A stretch of 64,000 bases of DNA from a virus (lineage: Duplodnaviria > Heunggongvirae > Uroviricota > Caudoviricetes): positions 34,993-98,992 of the IMG/VR virus record IMGVR_UViG_3300035520_000484; one strand, written 5' to 3'. Shown piece by piece: positions 8,694 to 22,572 of the stretch. The position numbers and the translations under genes were made by a program. The notes beneath the pieces are model-generated. The model was not told where the DNA came from. It did not search any database and saw nothing but the letters and a program-made list of their open reading frames with translations. How positions within the stretch are numbered: the first letter of the stretch is position 1; each line of letters starts with the position of its first letter.

Positions 8694-9554
8694 ATGAGTA
8701 AGACTGTTACTAAAACAGAAGTTGTTTTTGACGATAAAAAATTTACATTAAGAAGTACATATGACAAGACTAATATTAAATATTTTATTTAGCCTTGTAA
8801 GAATAAGTACGGTCAATATCCTAATTGTATTAAGCGAGTAAATGCTTAGGGTGATATGATTATGAGTGAAAAAGAACGTAATGATTATTCAGAAGGTAAA
8901 GCTGTGTTCTTCCCTGAAAATCACGTATTTGAGATTACCAGTGGTAAAACTTATAATCTAGATAATAAATATGATAAAGCAGAATGGGAAGCTATTGAAA
9001 ATTGTCCTTATATTGCTAAGAGTCGAGATGAACGGAATCCTGATGGAACCTTAAAAATTGATGGTGAGCGTTGGACCCCATTTAAACCTACTCGTAACGG
9101 TGTAGCTGAACTTTATATAGATAGACCTGGCTTAGATGTTCAGCGTCGTATATCTCGTAAGCAATTGATTCACAAAGCTGAATCCTTTATTTATGATGAT
9201 CCTCGTGGTGCTCAAGGTCAACTTAATATGGCTAGAATCCTTGGTAAGGATATGACTAATCAGCCTACCGCTGATGTTATTGACTTTCTTATTAGAGTTG
9301 CAGAAAAAGATCCCAATAAGATTATTAATTTATATACAGGGGATGATATTTCGTTGAGACTTACTTTTATTGAAGCTAAAGAAAAGCATGTTATTTATGT
9401 AAAGAATAAACTTTATATGTATGGGGATAACATTGCACTTGGTGCTACCGATGATGCAGTTATTGCATGGATGAAAGAGCCTAGAAACCAAAAAGTATTA
9501 GAACTTATTAAACACGATACATACCCTGATTATTATCCTGAAGAAGAAAAATAA
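8694..9554 (+). CDS. crAss-like virion-module protein following MCP (286 aa, code 15)
   Basis: ATG 8694 is in frame with track ORF 8856 via two TAGs; TAATG-coupled to the next gene. Confidence 0.75.
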
Positions 9555-10594
9555 TGGCATATTCCGCAAGGCAATGCTTTGAAGGAGTTTTAACTGAATT
9601 AAGTAAGACTAAAACTTCTACTTTATTATTAGAGGATTTTAATTACCTTTTTAATAAAGCTCTTAACTAGTATATAAATAAACGTTACAATATATACGAT
9701 GTTAATTAGCAAACTACGGACGATTTACGAGTTTTAAAAGCAACTGCATTACTTAAACCTACTCCTGCCACAGCAATTATGAATACTGATTTAGTTGAGG
9801 TAGATCCTGATACAAAAGAAGTTATAAGCTCTTATCAAGATTGGGGAGCAGGAAAAGCTAAAATATTTGGTGGAACTTTTGAAGTAATGTTGCCTAAAGA
9901 CTATCTACATATTCTTAATTGTATATGTATTTATACTCTTGATAAAAGATATAAATGTTACAATAAGGGCGATCAAGTAGCTTTTGCAGCCACACGTTTA
10001 ACTGCAGATGCTTGGAGTACAATTATTAACGATTTCTTTAATCGTCCAAAACCTCAACGCCCCTATTATTATATTCATAATGTAAATACTAATCCTGATG
10101 GTTATGTAACTAATCCTTATGATAGTGAAACTGGTACAGGCACAGATTAGTATGAGTACGTTAAATTAGGAGAATCTACTGAAGAAGAGACTGTTCCTGA
10201 ATCTTCTACTTATAAACGAACAGTAAAATTAGACGATGAATATGGTCTTGATTTAGTAGATAGAACAGCATATCAAAGAACTCCTAACTCTACAGGAGTA
10301 CGCTGTGAAATTCGATATGGTCGTGATACTAGTGTATTTAGACTAGTGGGTGTTTCCATTGATTATATTAAAGCTCCATAGCAAATTCGTCTAACGTAGG
10401 AATAGATAGATTTAACAGAAGATACATCATAGATTCTGGAATTTCCAGATTATGTATGTTAGGAGATTATAAATGAGTTGGTAACTTTAATTATGGAACA
10501 GAACGCTGATCCAAGAACTTAGACACATCAACAAGTTACACAGTCTATTGCATAGCCAACTCAGCAATAGGCGCAAACGCCTCAATAGGCATAA
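9554..10594 (+). CDS. Probable tail ring (head-tail connector) protein (346 aa, code 15)
   Basis: LEDFNYLFNKALN*YINKRYNIYDVN*QTTDDLRVL and IDYIKAP*QIRLT*E*IDLTEDTS*ILEFPDYVC*EIINELV resemble Crassvirales ring proteins as recalled; only TAG interruptions. Confidence 0.7.
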
Positions 10595-10609
10595 TAAATC
10601 TATTTAGTT

Positions 10610-11533
10610 ATGTTTAATTTTACAACTACTACCGTACTTAACTCTTTATCTGATCTTACAACTGGTAAAGATCTTATTACTTCACTTTCTGACAAATCAG
10701 GTGTAACCGTTAAGAGAGTTGGTACTTTCCTTAAAGATAATGTTCTTTCCTTCTATAAGGCAGTTGGTAATGATCCTGTAATGGAAAAAGTTACCATTGA
10801 CTTGTCAAAAGTTAAAGGTGCTGAGAAAGGTAAGCAATATAGACTTGCTCTTTATATTGGTCTTACACAAGCTTCTCAGGATTCTCGCTATTCAAATGAT
10901 ATGGTACTTAAGGGTAAACCTTTTACTGTAGATTTTGTATGGAAGGATAGTTCTGAAGCTACTGTAGAAGCTCTTGTAAAAACTATTAAAAAGTATGAAG
11001 TTCTCGTTTATGGAGAAAAACTGCTTGATATTGATAGTGATAGCTTTACTATTACTCTTACTGCAACTACTGAGTTCCAGAGATTTAAGAAAGTAAATAT
11101 TGAAGAATTTGATAAGGATGCGTACATGGGCATGGGTGATTATACTCCTGTTCTTACTCTTGAAGATACCGAAGCTGTTAAGAAAGTAGACGGTGTTGAA
11201 GGTTTTGGTACTTATTCTTATATTCTTCATAATCTTCGTCTCCCGACTTCTGCTCGTACTGAAGCATTTGCTATCAATCAGGATGAATCTCCGATTCCTG
11301 GTGCAGTATACGATCAGTATACTATTCACTATTGCAAGAATCGTGGTCCTCTTGGTATGAACGCAGTTGGTGAAGTTACTAAATCAGTTACTACTCATGT
11401 ATTCTATGTTCTTCACTCTCTTGCTGATAAGTTTGAAGAAGCTTTTGGTGACATCAAAGCAACAGATGCTCATGATGGTCATGAATCAAAATCAGAAGCT
11501 GAGCAGGCTGCTGAAACAGTAGCAGGAGAATAA
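10610..11533 (+). CDS. Virion structural protein, possibly auxiliary capsid protein (307 aa)
   Basis: Intact ORF with no in-frame TAG, followed by its own terminator; size and position in the capsid module suggest a high-copy structural protein (inference). Confidence 0.55.
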   Translation: MFNFTTTTVLNSLSDLTTGKDLITSLSDKSGVTVKRVGTFLKDNVLSFYKAVGNDPVMEKVTIDLSKVKGAEKGKQYRLALYIGLTQASQDSRYSNDMVLKGKPFTVDFVWKDSSEATVEALVKTIKKYEVLVYGEKLLDIDSDSFTITLTATTEFQRFKKVNIEEFDKDAYMGMGDYTPVLTLEDTEAVKKVDGVEGFGTYSYILHNLRLPTSARTEAFAINQDESPIPGAVYDQYTIHYCKNRGPLGMNAVGEVTKSVTTHVFYVLHSLADKFEEAFGDIKATDAHDGHESKSEAEQAAETVAGE

Positions 11534-11553
11534 TATTATTGATTTATAGTAAT

Positions 11554-11585
11554 GGCGAGGGCGTCAATTCGCCTTCGCCTTTTTT
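11554..11585 (+). terminator. Rho-independent terminator
   Basis: GGCGAGGGCG-TCAATT-CGCCTTCGCC followed by TTTTTT. Confidence 0.85.
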
Positions 11586-11590
11586 AGTTT

Positions 11591-12280
11591 ATGTATAATC
11601 AAATTGAAAAATTAGCTTCGGCTATACATAATGATATTATAGGAGGTTTAAGAGGTTATCATACTAATTTAAGCTTATCTATGGAATAGCTTGAATAGGA
11701 TATTGTAGATGAACGTTTACAAATTATTAAAGAATATTCTCTTAAAGGTTCTCTTCCTACTAAAGATCTTTATATATCTATAAATTGTATTCCTATAGAT
11801 TGTAAAGATATTGAAAGATGTAGATGTGGAGGTAGTTCTGAAGATGAAACTCCAACAGCTCATTTTGAAATTCCTTAGATTGTAAATGATTATGGAAATC
11901 TATCTATAGATTACATAGGTTCTACAGATAGATAGAATCCTTTTATATACTATACTTCTTCAGCTCAACAACGTTATCATAAATATCGTAAAAGAGGAAA
12001 AAACAAACCCTATGTATGGATTGATGTAACTCCTAATGAAAATGGAATGTATGATTGCTTTGTTTTTAATGCTCCATATTTATAGGAAGTTTCAATTACT
12101 GCAATCTTTAAAGATTTAAGATAGCTAGAAGGTTATGGATGCTGTAATGATGGGCAAGACGATAATATGACTTTTATTAATAATGAAATTAAGAAAAGAG
12201 TTACTGAGAAAAAAATCAGATATTATCGCTAGCTCCAGCCTTCTTTATTACCTAATGATCAACAATATATTGCTGGATGA
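11591..12280 (+). CDS. Probable tail ring protein (229 aa, code 15; absent from ORF track)
   Basis: MYNQIEKLASAIHNDIIGGLRG...SME*LE*DIVDERLQIIKEY...KKIRYYR*LQPSLLPNDQQYIAG-TGA; frame checked, only TAG interruptions. Confidence 0.75.
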
Positions 12281-12338
12281 CCTACTCTGGAATAATATAT
12301 AAATATACCTCACCCTCTTAATAATTATATTTGGAAAT

Positions 12339-13028
12339 ATGAATAATTTTCATTACGCAATGAGTTTATTAGACACTCTATATGGGATTAATATGCAAGA
12401 AGATGATTTTGAAGAAATTGCATTAATAGGGTGGAAATTAATAGGAAATAAACGTACTAGAATATATAGATATAGTACAACAGTAGATGATTGCAGTGAA
12501 GGTGTAGAACTTCCTTGTAATGTTGATGAATTAGAAGCAGTCACTACTGACTTTGAAGATTGGAATTATAGCACAAATGATACTCCTAATGGAGATATTA
12601 ATTCTGCATATACTGAAGAATATATTGAAGGTAGAAAACAATTCCGTTCTCCTTTATATGCTCCAGGTAAATTTATACGTTACGAAAGAGTTGGTAATAC
12701 TCTATATTTTGATCATCCTCATGGAAAGATACATATCTTATATAAAGGTGAACTACTTGATGATGATGGACTTCCTGAAATAACTGATAAAGAAGCTATG
12801 GCATTAGCTACTTATTGTGCATATGTTACTAAATTTAAAGAAGGATTAGCAACAAATAATTAGAACACAATAGTTTTTGCAGATACGCTTAAAAAAAGAT
12901 GGGATGTTCAAATTGATTAGGCACGAGCTGACTATTATATGTCTCAAAATGAATGGGATCAAGTATTAGATGCCAAGAATAGTTGGAATCGTAAGACTTA
13001 TGGTAAATCATTAAAATATAACCGATGA
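12339..13028 (+). CDS. Probable tail ring/tubular protein (229 aa, code 15)
   Basis: Track ORF 12339-12863 continues through TAGs to ...MSQNEWDQVLDAKNSWNRKTYGKSLKYNR-TGA, overlapping the next ATG (ATGA). Confidence 0.7.
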
Positions 13029-14047
13029 GCTATAGTACAGGATGTGCTTTTAATCTGGATGATATGATAATGAATCTTCCCTTTCGTAAATTAACTTTTA
13101 CTGGAGAAGATTGTGCAAATGTTATTAAAGATAATCACAGACATCGGTTAGTTAAAAAAATTTTTAGAGAGTGTTTTAAATTAGTAATTAAGGATATTAT
13201 AAACAATAATGTTACATTTTGGCTGCCTTTGACAGGTATTCGTAAATGTAATATGCACATGAAAAAGTTTCAAAATAAAGACTTTAAAAATCTAAGAAAA
13301 AGTGGTAAATGGAAAGATGTAGATTTTGTTAAATCTTACTTTACTGCTTATCAAATTGGATTTTATATGTTAGGAAATAGAACTCCTAGAACTAAACTTG
13401 TTTATCTTAATAAGGAATTAACTAAAATTATTACAGATAATACGAATAAAGGTATGCCTTATGGTGATGGGAAAACTGATACTTATATAAAGGATTATTA
13501 TAATGATGTACATAAGAAATTTCCTACTATTCCATTATAGGATATAAAGCGTATTTTGAATTTTACTTGGAAATCTCTATATTTACACAATAGTTATGGA
13601 GGTGATACATTAATTACTGATAAGGAGATTTGGTGTTACATAGGTAACTTACGAAAAGATCCGATAGAGCATTTTCTGTACTATATTAAGAAGCTTTCGA
13701 CCAAACTTAGAGTACTTTATCGAAGAAAAAGAATCCCATATAATGGTTATTATTACTTTGCATTAAATGATGTTTAGTATGATAATTATTTAAAATAGAA
13801 AAAGAAAAGAGGGAGACCTAGAAAAAACTTTGAGTATGGTAATGTTCTTCTTTACTAGATAGAAGAAGAGTGTAAATTAGTAGAGCATAATAAACGATAT
13901 ATATTTAGAATCCCATATGTTTCTACAATTGGTTATACTCACTTTATATACAATTTAGTAACTGGAAATGCGGAATTAATACTTATTAGAGAACCTCTAA
14001 AATTCAAAGATATATTAACATGTACAAATGATTATGAAATATTATGA
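13025..14047 (+). CDS. Basic protein in tail module, possibly the IHF/HU-like Crassvirales protein (340 aa, code 15)
   Basis: Joins track ORFs 13025 and 13556; K/R-rich; ATGA overlaps at both ends. Fold assignment is inferred from gene order. Confidence 0.5.
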
Positions 14048-17000
14048 AACAAAGTTCATCAACTAATACTTTTACAGGAGGATTAGTACAAGATCTAAAT
14101 CCTCTAAATAATGTTAGTAGAATGTAGGATGTACTTACTAATTGTTTAAATGGTACTCTTATTACTTATAATGGTAATGAATATGTATTATAGAATGATA
14201 TGGGAAATGGCAGAGTAGAAACTGCTTATTTACCAGAAGGTTTTATTCCAGTAGGTACAGCAGAATTAGGAGGTATCATTTATATAATTTCGTATAATCC
14301 TCTGACATAGCAAAGTTAGATAGGAAGTTTTCCGTCTCCAGAACGAAATATTACATCTGATGATGTATTACCAAAAAATGCTAAAGAATTAACATATAAT
14401 GACTTAATTACAGAAAAGTCCATTGGAAATGGAACAATAACTAAAAAATATGCTTGTGTTAAAAGTCCTAAATATAAACTGACTCTTTTAGATAAAGAAA
14501 TTAATCCTGGAGATAAATTTCAAATATATAGTTAGAACATTAATAAATTTCAAAAATTTTTAAGTGCATATTCTAGTGAATCGGAATAGAATATAAATAA
14601 GATTCCTAAATATCTAAAATTACATGTTGTTTGTGTTGATAGTCAAGGAAGTATAACATTTTTAGATGATAATCTAGTATGGGAAAATGATTATTATATT
14701 AAAAGCTATGAAAATGAAAATGATTTAGATGATATTGATGAATATAGGAATTTAGTAGAATCTAATTATAATGTATTTATTTCTAGGTCTAAAGGCACTT
14801 TAGCTATTCTAGCTGAATTAGAGTGCATTGATACTTTCGAGGTAACTTGGGATGCTGATATAAAGGATTATATACCTGAGGATGAGAAGAAGGTCTTGTT
14901 TAATAAATAGGCTGATATTACATTTACTTTAAAATGGTCTTATGATAATGAATATGCTCCCAATGAAGTAAATTTGAATAAATTTCTGTTTATTAATACA
15001 GATATTATGGACTATCCTATAAAAGAAGTTACTAATATTAAAGATGACACAAATAATTATGATAAAGATAATTGTGAATATAAATATTAGTATAAATTAA
15101 TGTACAATTAGGTATCTACTACAGATACTTCAGAGATTGATACTTAGGATTTAACTATAGGAACTGTAGCAACTATAGCATCTAAACCTGGGGATTTTGC
15201 TAATTTCTCACCATTATCTTAGCAGGAAATTCAACATTATACTATAATTCCAGGTATGGAATTTGGATATATGGATTATTTAGCTAAAACTATAGATATT
15301 AATATATCTAAATTAGGAACTGGCGATACTGATTTAATAGAATGGAAATATTATGTTAATGATTCTAATATTATTCTAAACTGGGGATTAGACTGTTATC
15401 CAGAGAAAAATAAGCAAGTTAATAAAGTAACTTTTGACTTCTTTAAATCAAATAGTCAATTTAAAGGGTATCAATTTAATAATCCAGATGATTACGAAAA
15501 AAATATAAACATAAATATAGATTTAGATAAGTATAATGATAAATATCGTACAGGAGATCCTTATATATTAAATTGGACTAAATTTGAAAAAGAATCAGGG
15601 ACTGAATATTTAAGCCCTGATTATACTATAGTTTTTGATGATAAAGAATCATATTCTGGACATTTTACTGAAGATATTCATTTAATGCAATCTTCAATTG
15701 ATGAAGGATTAAAACCTAATGATTTTTATCTTGTAAGAATTACTATCAATTATTCTGGAGAAGATAGGTATTTTTATAGAATCATACATACTTGTAAAGT
15801 ATTTAATCAAACATATTTAGATAATATCAATACTTCTAATTTTGATTTTAAAAATATACAATTAGGAACTATTGATCCTCCTAAAGTGTTAGTTAATAAC
15901 GTAAGAACTACTTGGGGTACATTAAATACTAAATATGAAAATAATGGTGATATTCTTGATATAAATAAAAATATTTATTTAGAAGAAACAGTATATGATA
16001 AAACTAATATACACAATACTACAAGTTTAGAAATGAATGCAACTATGGAACTTGTATCTGATTGTGCTACTTTTGATCTTACAGGATGTGAGTTAAAAGA
16101 GAATACTGTTTCTAGTCCATTAACTTTTACCAATAATGCTGAATTAATATTTACTGATTATAAAGATGATACTTTTGAAGATAGAAAAATTAATTATGAC
16201 ATTTTTGGGGAATATAAGTTCCAATCAAATGGCTGTAATATAAACATTCAAGCTAATGACCTTTTTATTTATACGCCTTTTAATGCAAGATATGAGACAT
16301 CTAAAACTCAATAGTTAGATTATGAATTAACTCAAATTTCTCATCCTACTCCACAAGTTAATAATATTAGATTAGGAGAAACATATTTGGATGTAGAAAT
16401 GGGAGAAACTAAAACTTTTAATGCTTGGTAGACTGAAATTTGGTTATCTATGTAGGAAGGGGGAGCTTCTTCTGCTACTTTAGGAAATCTCGGAACTCAT
16501 GATTATACAATTAGTAATTGGAAATTCGGTCAACAAAGTCATAGTGCTAAACTTGGTTATCATTATATGATAAATAATATTTTATATAATACTGATAGCT
16601 CTGGTGATAATTGGACATTTATAAAAAGTGGTGAATTATCGAATATAAGCGAATAGACTTTAGTTTAGACATATGCTATTAATTATAGAAATGGTGCATG
16701 TAATTTAATTAATTTTGTAGCAGAACCTACAGGAAGTAAAAAATATTATATTACAACTCCTAATGATGATACATATAGAAAAAGAGTATCACAAAGTGCT
16801 GATGAATATGAAGAATATCTTAACAACACTAATTATAGTAATTCTATAGAAAAAGTATTCGATACTCTATATAAATGGGCTAAACCAAAATCTAATAATC
16901 TTGTTGAAATATATACTTTATCTAATCTTAATTATTATTCATCATATTTATTAACTCCCGTTTTTAAATATAAAACTAATAATGTAATATACCCTAATAC

Positions 17001-17496
17001 TTACACTATAGGAGATAGTGTAATTCCTTGCCATGGTAGTAATAATTATGGTATACACTTGGCTGCTAATTTAGATTATCCATCAACAGGATTTTTTCCT
17101 GAATTTGAATTAATTGGATCTTCTATTAAAATAGATACTTCAGACTTATATAATAAATTAAATAAAGCTCCTGCAATACTTGCTGCTAAAGTAGATCCTT
17201 CTACAGATAAAAGAATAATTATAACAGATTTAAGTGAAGTACAGACTAATTCTGTATATCAATTATCTGGAAATAATTATAATATTATTGATACTCTTTC
17301 ATTTGATTTTCAACAAATAGAAATTATGATAGATGATAATGAGCAATTATATGTAACTAGTATAAAATGGAAACCTTCAAGTTCAGGTGCTACTGCTAAT
17401 GATACAGGAGTTATAGACAGTGGCTTAAAGTTTGGATATGGTAAAGATAACACTGGTGGTAAATCTTATTTATATTTTACTAATACGGTTATATAA
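14044..17496 (+). CDS. Large tail protein (1150 aa, code 15)
   Basis: N-terminus NTFTGGLVQDLNP...LTNCLNGTLITYNGNEYVL*NDMGNGRVETAYLPEGFIPVG...SYNPLT*QS*IGSFPSPERN resembles crAss-like tail proteins; frame read through with no TAA/TGA until 17494. Confidence 0.8.
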
Positions 17497-20400
17497 TGGA
17501 AAGTATTGACAATAATGTAAATTTTTCAGATTTACAAATTGATTTTAAAACAGCATTAAAATTATATCCTGATTCTGGGAATCTTGTTTATGAATATAAT
17601 CCATTTAGAAATTATAGATTAAATGAAGATATGTTTGATTATTCGGGATAGTTCTATACAAAAGAAGAACTAGCTGAAGAATTGGGTTATAAAGATTGGG
17701 ACACTCTTGTACAAAAAATAAACGATGGAACTGAGGAAAATCCTGTTTATAATTGGTATAATATAATTCCTAAAACTAATACAATCCCACAATTACATTA
17801 GAAAGGAGAATTAGTTGATTTTACTACAAAAGAATTATCTTTTGATATAAATTATCCTGTTTCTATACTTCCTTCATATTCATATGATAATTCAGTTGAT
17901 TTAATTATTAATGATGGAAAAAATCAACCTAGGTTAATTAATTCTAGATTTAGTGCAACTGAAAGAAATAAATATGAAATAATAGACAGAGAAGGAAATA
18001 ATGATACTAATATTTATGACAGAGGCCCTGAATTTGATGTAGATACTTCCTTATATAAAAAGATTACTACAATTCCAAAGTTAAGTTTAACAGATGTTTC
18101 AGGTGGAGGTAACTTACCTATTGGAGCATATACTTTTTATTTTAAATATATAGACGATGATGGAAATGAATCAGATTTCTTTGCAGAATCTGGATTAATT
18201 CAAATATTTATTGGAAATTCTCCATCATCTATTTATTCTGGATTTAGAAATGAAAATTCACATAAGTCAGTAACATTTACATTAAGTAATCTTGATAAAG
18301 GTTATTAGAAAATAGTAGTTTATTATACAAAAACTACTTCAGATATTCATGAAAATGCTACGACTAGCGCACATAGAATTAATAATTATTTCATTATTAA
18401 TAATCTATCCTTATTAAAAATTCATATTACAGGATATGAAGATTCTACTGAAGTATCTACATAGGATATTAATGAATAGTTACAACGTTATCAAGCTGTA
18501 GAAACTTAGGATATTTGTTAGAATATGTTATTTTTTGCTCATAATTATAAAATTAGAAGAGATAGAAATGAGTTAAAAGATTTAGCATTAAGATTTTTAC
18601 CATATCCTGATACTTCTAAAACATATACTCCTCTTAATTCTAAATATAATCAAACTAGTACTGATAATTATTATAATCCAGTATTCTCTTATAAATATAC
18701 AGGATATTGGAGTGATATTTATCGTTTCGGAATAGTTTTTATTTACTCTGATAATACTTTAAGTGAAGTTTATAATACTAGAGGTGGATGTAATATAAAT
18801 GATAATTCTGAATATACAGACATTAAGTTTGAAGAAAATGGAACTAGAATTTATATTACTCATGACGAAAGTAATTACAGTATTACTAATGGGAATAATT
18901 CTCAAAATAAAAGTAAAGCTAATGTAGATTAGGAAAACTGTAAAGGAGTTATAAAATTTCCTGATGTAGGACATCTTGACATAATTGGAATTACTTTTAA
19001 AACAACTAATGAAGTATTATCATAGCTTAAAAAATTAGGAATAAAAGGATTTTTCTTTGTAAGACAGAAAAGAATCCCTACAATCTTATGTCAAGCTTAC
19101 ACAATAGGTATTGATAATTAGAGTAATGTTCCCGCTCTTCCTTATAGTAGTAATCTAGCAACAGTTGAAGGATTTCTTAATAAAAATCAAATATTAGAAC
19201 ATAATATTAGCGGTAGAATTAATGAAATTACTAATGAATAGATTCGTAAACAAGGTGCTATTTGTCCTGAGTATGATGTTAATTCTCCATATTTTAATTC
19301 CTTATTTACAGGTGGAGAGTTTGTAATAGAACCTTATGAAGGTTAGGAATTTGATACTTCTAAATCTAATGAATATAATGTTATTAAAGATTTTAGAGAA
19401 GTTGAAGGAAATTCCTATACTGTAAATATATTAGGAGTTGAGGATAATGTAAAATTAGTTGCTATTGGTAGTAATAAATTTGCAGCTAGAGCAGGTGAGG
19501 CCGAAGAAGCTTTCAGATATGCATATATTGGTAAAGAAAATAAAGTAACAGAATGTACTAATTTAGTACGAGGATCTTTTGGACCATACTTAGGAATAGT
19601 AGGATATGAAGAAATGGGTAAATTAATAAATATCCGTATTCCTGGATATACTGAATCTGATATGGATAAGTATTTTCAAATGAGATATAATGATCCATTC
19701 CCTTATTATGCTATTTCTGAATACTATGATTTATATGATGAATATAGTTTTTCTGAAAATGAAGATTGGACATCTGATACATTATATAGAGGTGATTGCT
19801 TTATTTGTAACTATACTCACAGACTTAATAGAAATTTTCAAGATCCTTCAGCACCTTTAAATGATGAAATAGTTGACACATATTGTTGGAAAAATAACTA
19901 TGAAGTTTCCGACAATGTTGTAAAAAAAGAGAATTTTGATAAAATAAATTTAGGTGATGTTAATGCTGTAAGAATGGGTAGATATGTTCATTTAGTAATA
20001 AGATCTAATATGAACTTAAATATCCGAGCATTAGATGATTCTATTCCTGATGAAATGGGATTATCTGGGCATCCTAGAACATTCTGTCCTCATATTAGTA
20101 CAAGTACAGAAGGCCCTTATAAAACTCCTGAAGCTCTTTGTTATAATAAAGGATTTGAAAAGTCTGTATCAGAAAAAGCATATTTTGCTTTAGAAGATGC
20201 TCCTTATTATAAAGAAGATTTTACTAATAGAATTTCATATTCTAATATTAAAATTACCGATAGTTTCTAGAATGGGTTTAGAGTATTTAAAGGAACTAAT
20301 TATCGAGATTATCCTAAAACTTATGGTTCTATTACTAAAATTATAGAATCAAATGGTTCTTTAATTTGTGTTCTAGAACATGGTATTTATAAAATAGCAG

Positions 20401-22571
20401 TTAATGAACGTGCTGTTGCTGCTCAAGGTGAAGGAGGTATGGCATATATTAATACTTCTAATGTACTTCCTGAAAATCCAGATGTTTTATCAGATGCTTA
20501 TGGAAGTCAGTGGCGAGATTCTGTTATTAAAACGCCTAGTGGTATTTATGGAGTTGATACTGTAGGTAAGAAAATATGGAAAGTTACAGAATCTGGATTT
20601 GCTATTATCTCAGACTTTAAAGTAGGTAAATTCTTAATTGATAATATTTCATTATCAGAACGTGAACTTACTCCTATTATAGGTATTCGTAATGTAAAAA
20701 CACATTATAATAGATATAAAGGAGATATAATGTTTACTTTCTACGATAACTTATATGGTTTTGAAGAAAAAGTATGGAATTTATGTTATAATGAAAATCT
20801 TGAAAAATGGATTACTTTTTATTCATGGGTTCCTTCTTATTCCGAGAATATCTATAGTTCATACTTCAGCTTCGATAGAAATACTTCTAAATGGATTGCT
20901 AAACTAGGAGTTAGTGCTACTAATAGTTCTTTTGCTGACGGAGTAACTCTTGATAATAATTATATATCAACTAATCAGGCTGATAATGGTTATTATAAAG
21001 TAGGTAAATTAGCCTTATCTAATAGAGAATTACCAACAGGTACAAATATTTCTAATAAAATTATTTATACTTTAGAAAGAGATAATTTCTAGAATTATAA
21101 AAACTTTAAGATTATAGATGATACTTTATATTCTACAATCTCACCTATTGAATTATATTCTCAATTTTATTGGAGAAAATGTACAAATGTAACTACTTGG
21201 ATGTAGGGATTTGATATGAATGGTAATGAAATAATGGTACCTGCAACTATTACTTCAGTAAATTGTGTTGTTACTAACCCTACTAACATATTAGTAGTAA
21301 ATAATATTAAATATGTAGGAGCTACTTTACTAAAAAATAAATATTTAGCAAATGAAACTAATCCTAAAGATGATTTTTATATTAAATATACAGACTATAT
21401 AGACGGTTCTATTTATAAAAACAGTTTAGGTAGAAGAGTTTGGCTTGATAATGAAAAACAAGTTAATTCAGATTCTCCAGTAATCTTATTAAATATTAGA
21501 GCACATATAACTACGACTACTACAGGTAATACTGATTTAGAGGAAGCTATTGTAACTGGTATGGCTAATAAATCAGAAACAGATAGTGGATATTATGATT
21601 CCGTAGTTGCAGTTACTACTAAGTACAATATGCAATACTTAACTACTGATTTCTGGAAACATGGACAAGCAGGCATTATTGATATTGCAGATAAGATTTA
21701 TCCAACATATTGGTATGGTAAATAGCATCCTTTTGAATTTGAATTTATTGTAAGTAATGATATTGATTCACATAAAATTTTCGATAATCTTGAAATTATA
21801 AGTAATAATGCGGAGCCAGAATCCTTCCATTATGAAATAATTGGAGATAGTTATGACTTTGCAAAAGATAAAGAAAATATGTATGTTCGTCAAGAAGCTT
21901 CAAAACATTTATGGCAATATAATGGTTCTAATGTTACTTATAATTCTGATTATTTAACAGGTTATTAGGAACATAGAAAAATTGAAGGCTCAGAAAATTA
22001 TGATAAATCAACAATACTTCCTGGATTCTATGAACGTTAGGATACAATAAATGAAATAGAGGATTATTATCATGGAATAAATGGTTCTTCTGAAAGTAAA
22101 GACTTTAGTAATAGGTCAGGTGGTGAAATAACTTATTATCCAGATTTACAAGAATATAGAATTGTAAATCATGCGAAAGCAGTTGATATGAGAAAATCTG
22201 GAAGATTAAGAGGTAACATGCAATATAAAGAGGATAAATGGTACGTTTAGATAAATCCTTTAAATATTGTAGAATGTAACGAACCTGATTGGAGTAACTC
22301 TCTTTTGGATGGTACAGGAAATTCTGAATTAGTTCCAGTAACTCTTGATGCAATTACTAATTTAAGACCATCTGATTTAAAAGATATTTCAAATGTTGAT
22401 ATTCCTGAAGATTGGGGAGATAGAGGTATTGTTAAATGGAGTTCTAATAAAGTTAGAAAGCTAGAAGCTAAATTAAAAGATAAATTTATTAAAATAAGAG
22501 TACGATATTCAGGTGAAAAACCTGCTATTATATTCTCATTAAAAACATTATATTCTATAAGTTATTGCTAA
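17496..22571 (+). CDS. Tail stabilisation / muzzle-like protein (1691 aa, code 15)
   Basis: Five track ORFs (18525, 19614, 20439, 21216, 22305) share this frame; motifs GNLVYEYNPFRNYRL, NDGKNQPRLINSRFS, VLPENPDVLSDAYGSQW, GIYGVDTVGKKIW. Confidence 0.8.
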
Positions 22572-22572
22572 T

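Noticed and set aside
12326-12333. TATATTTG as a promoter -7 element
   Set aside because: Only 5 nt from the ATG and lacks a spaced -33 TTTG; likely chance in AT-rich DNA.
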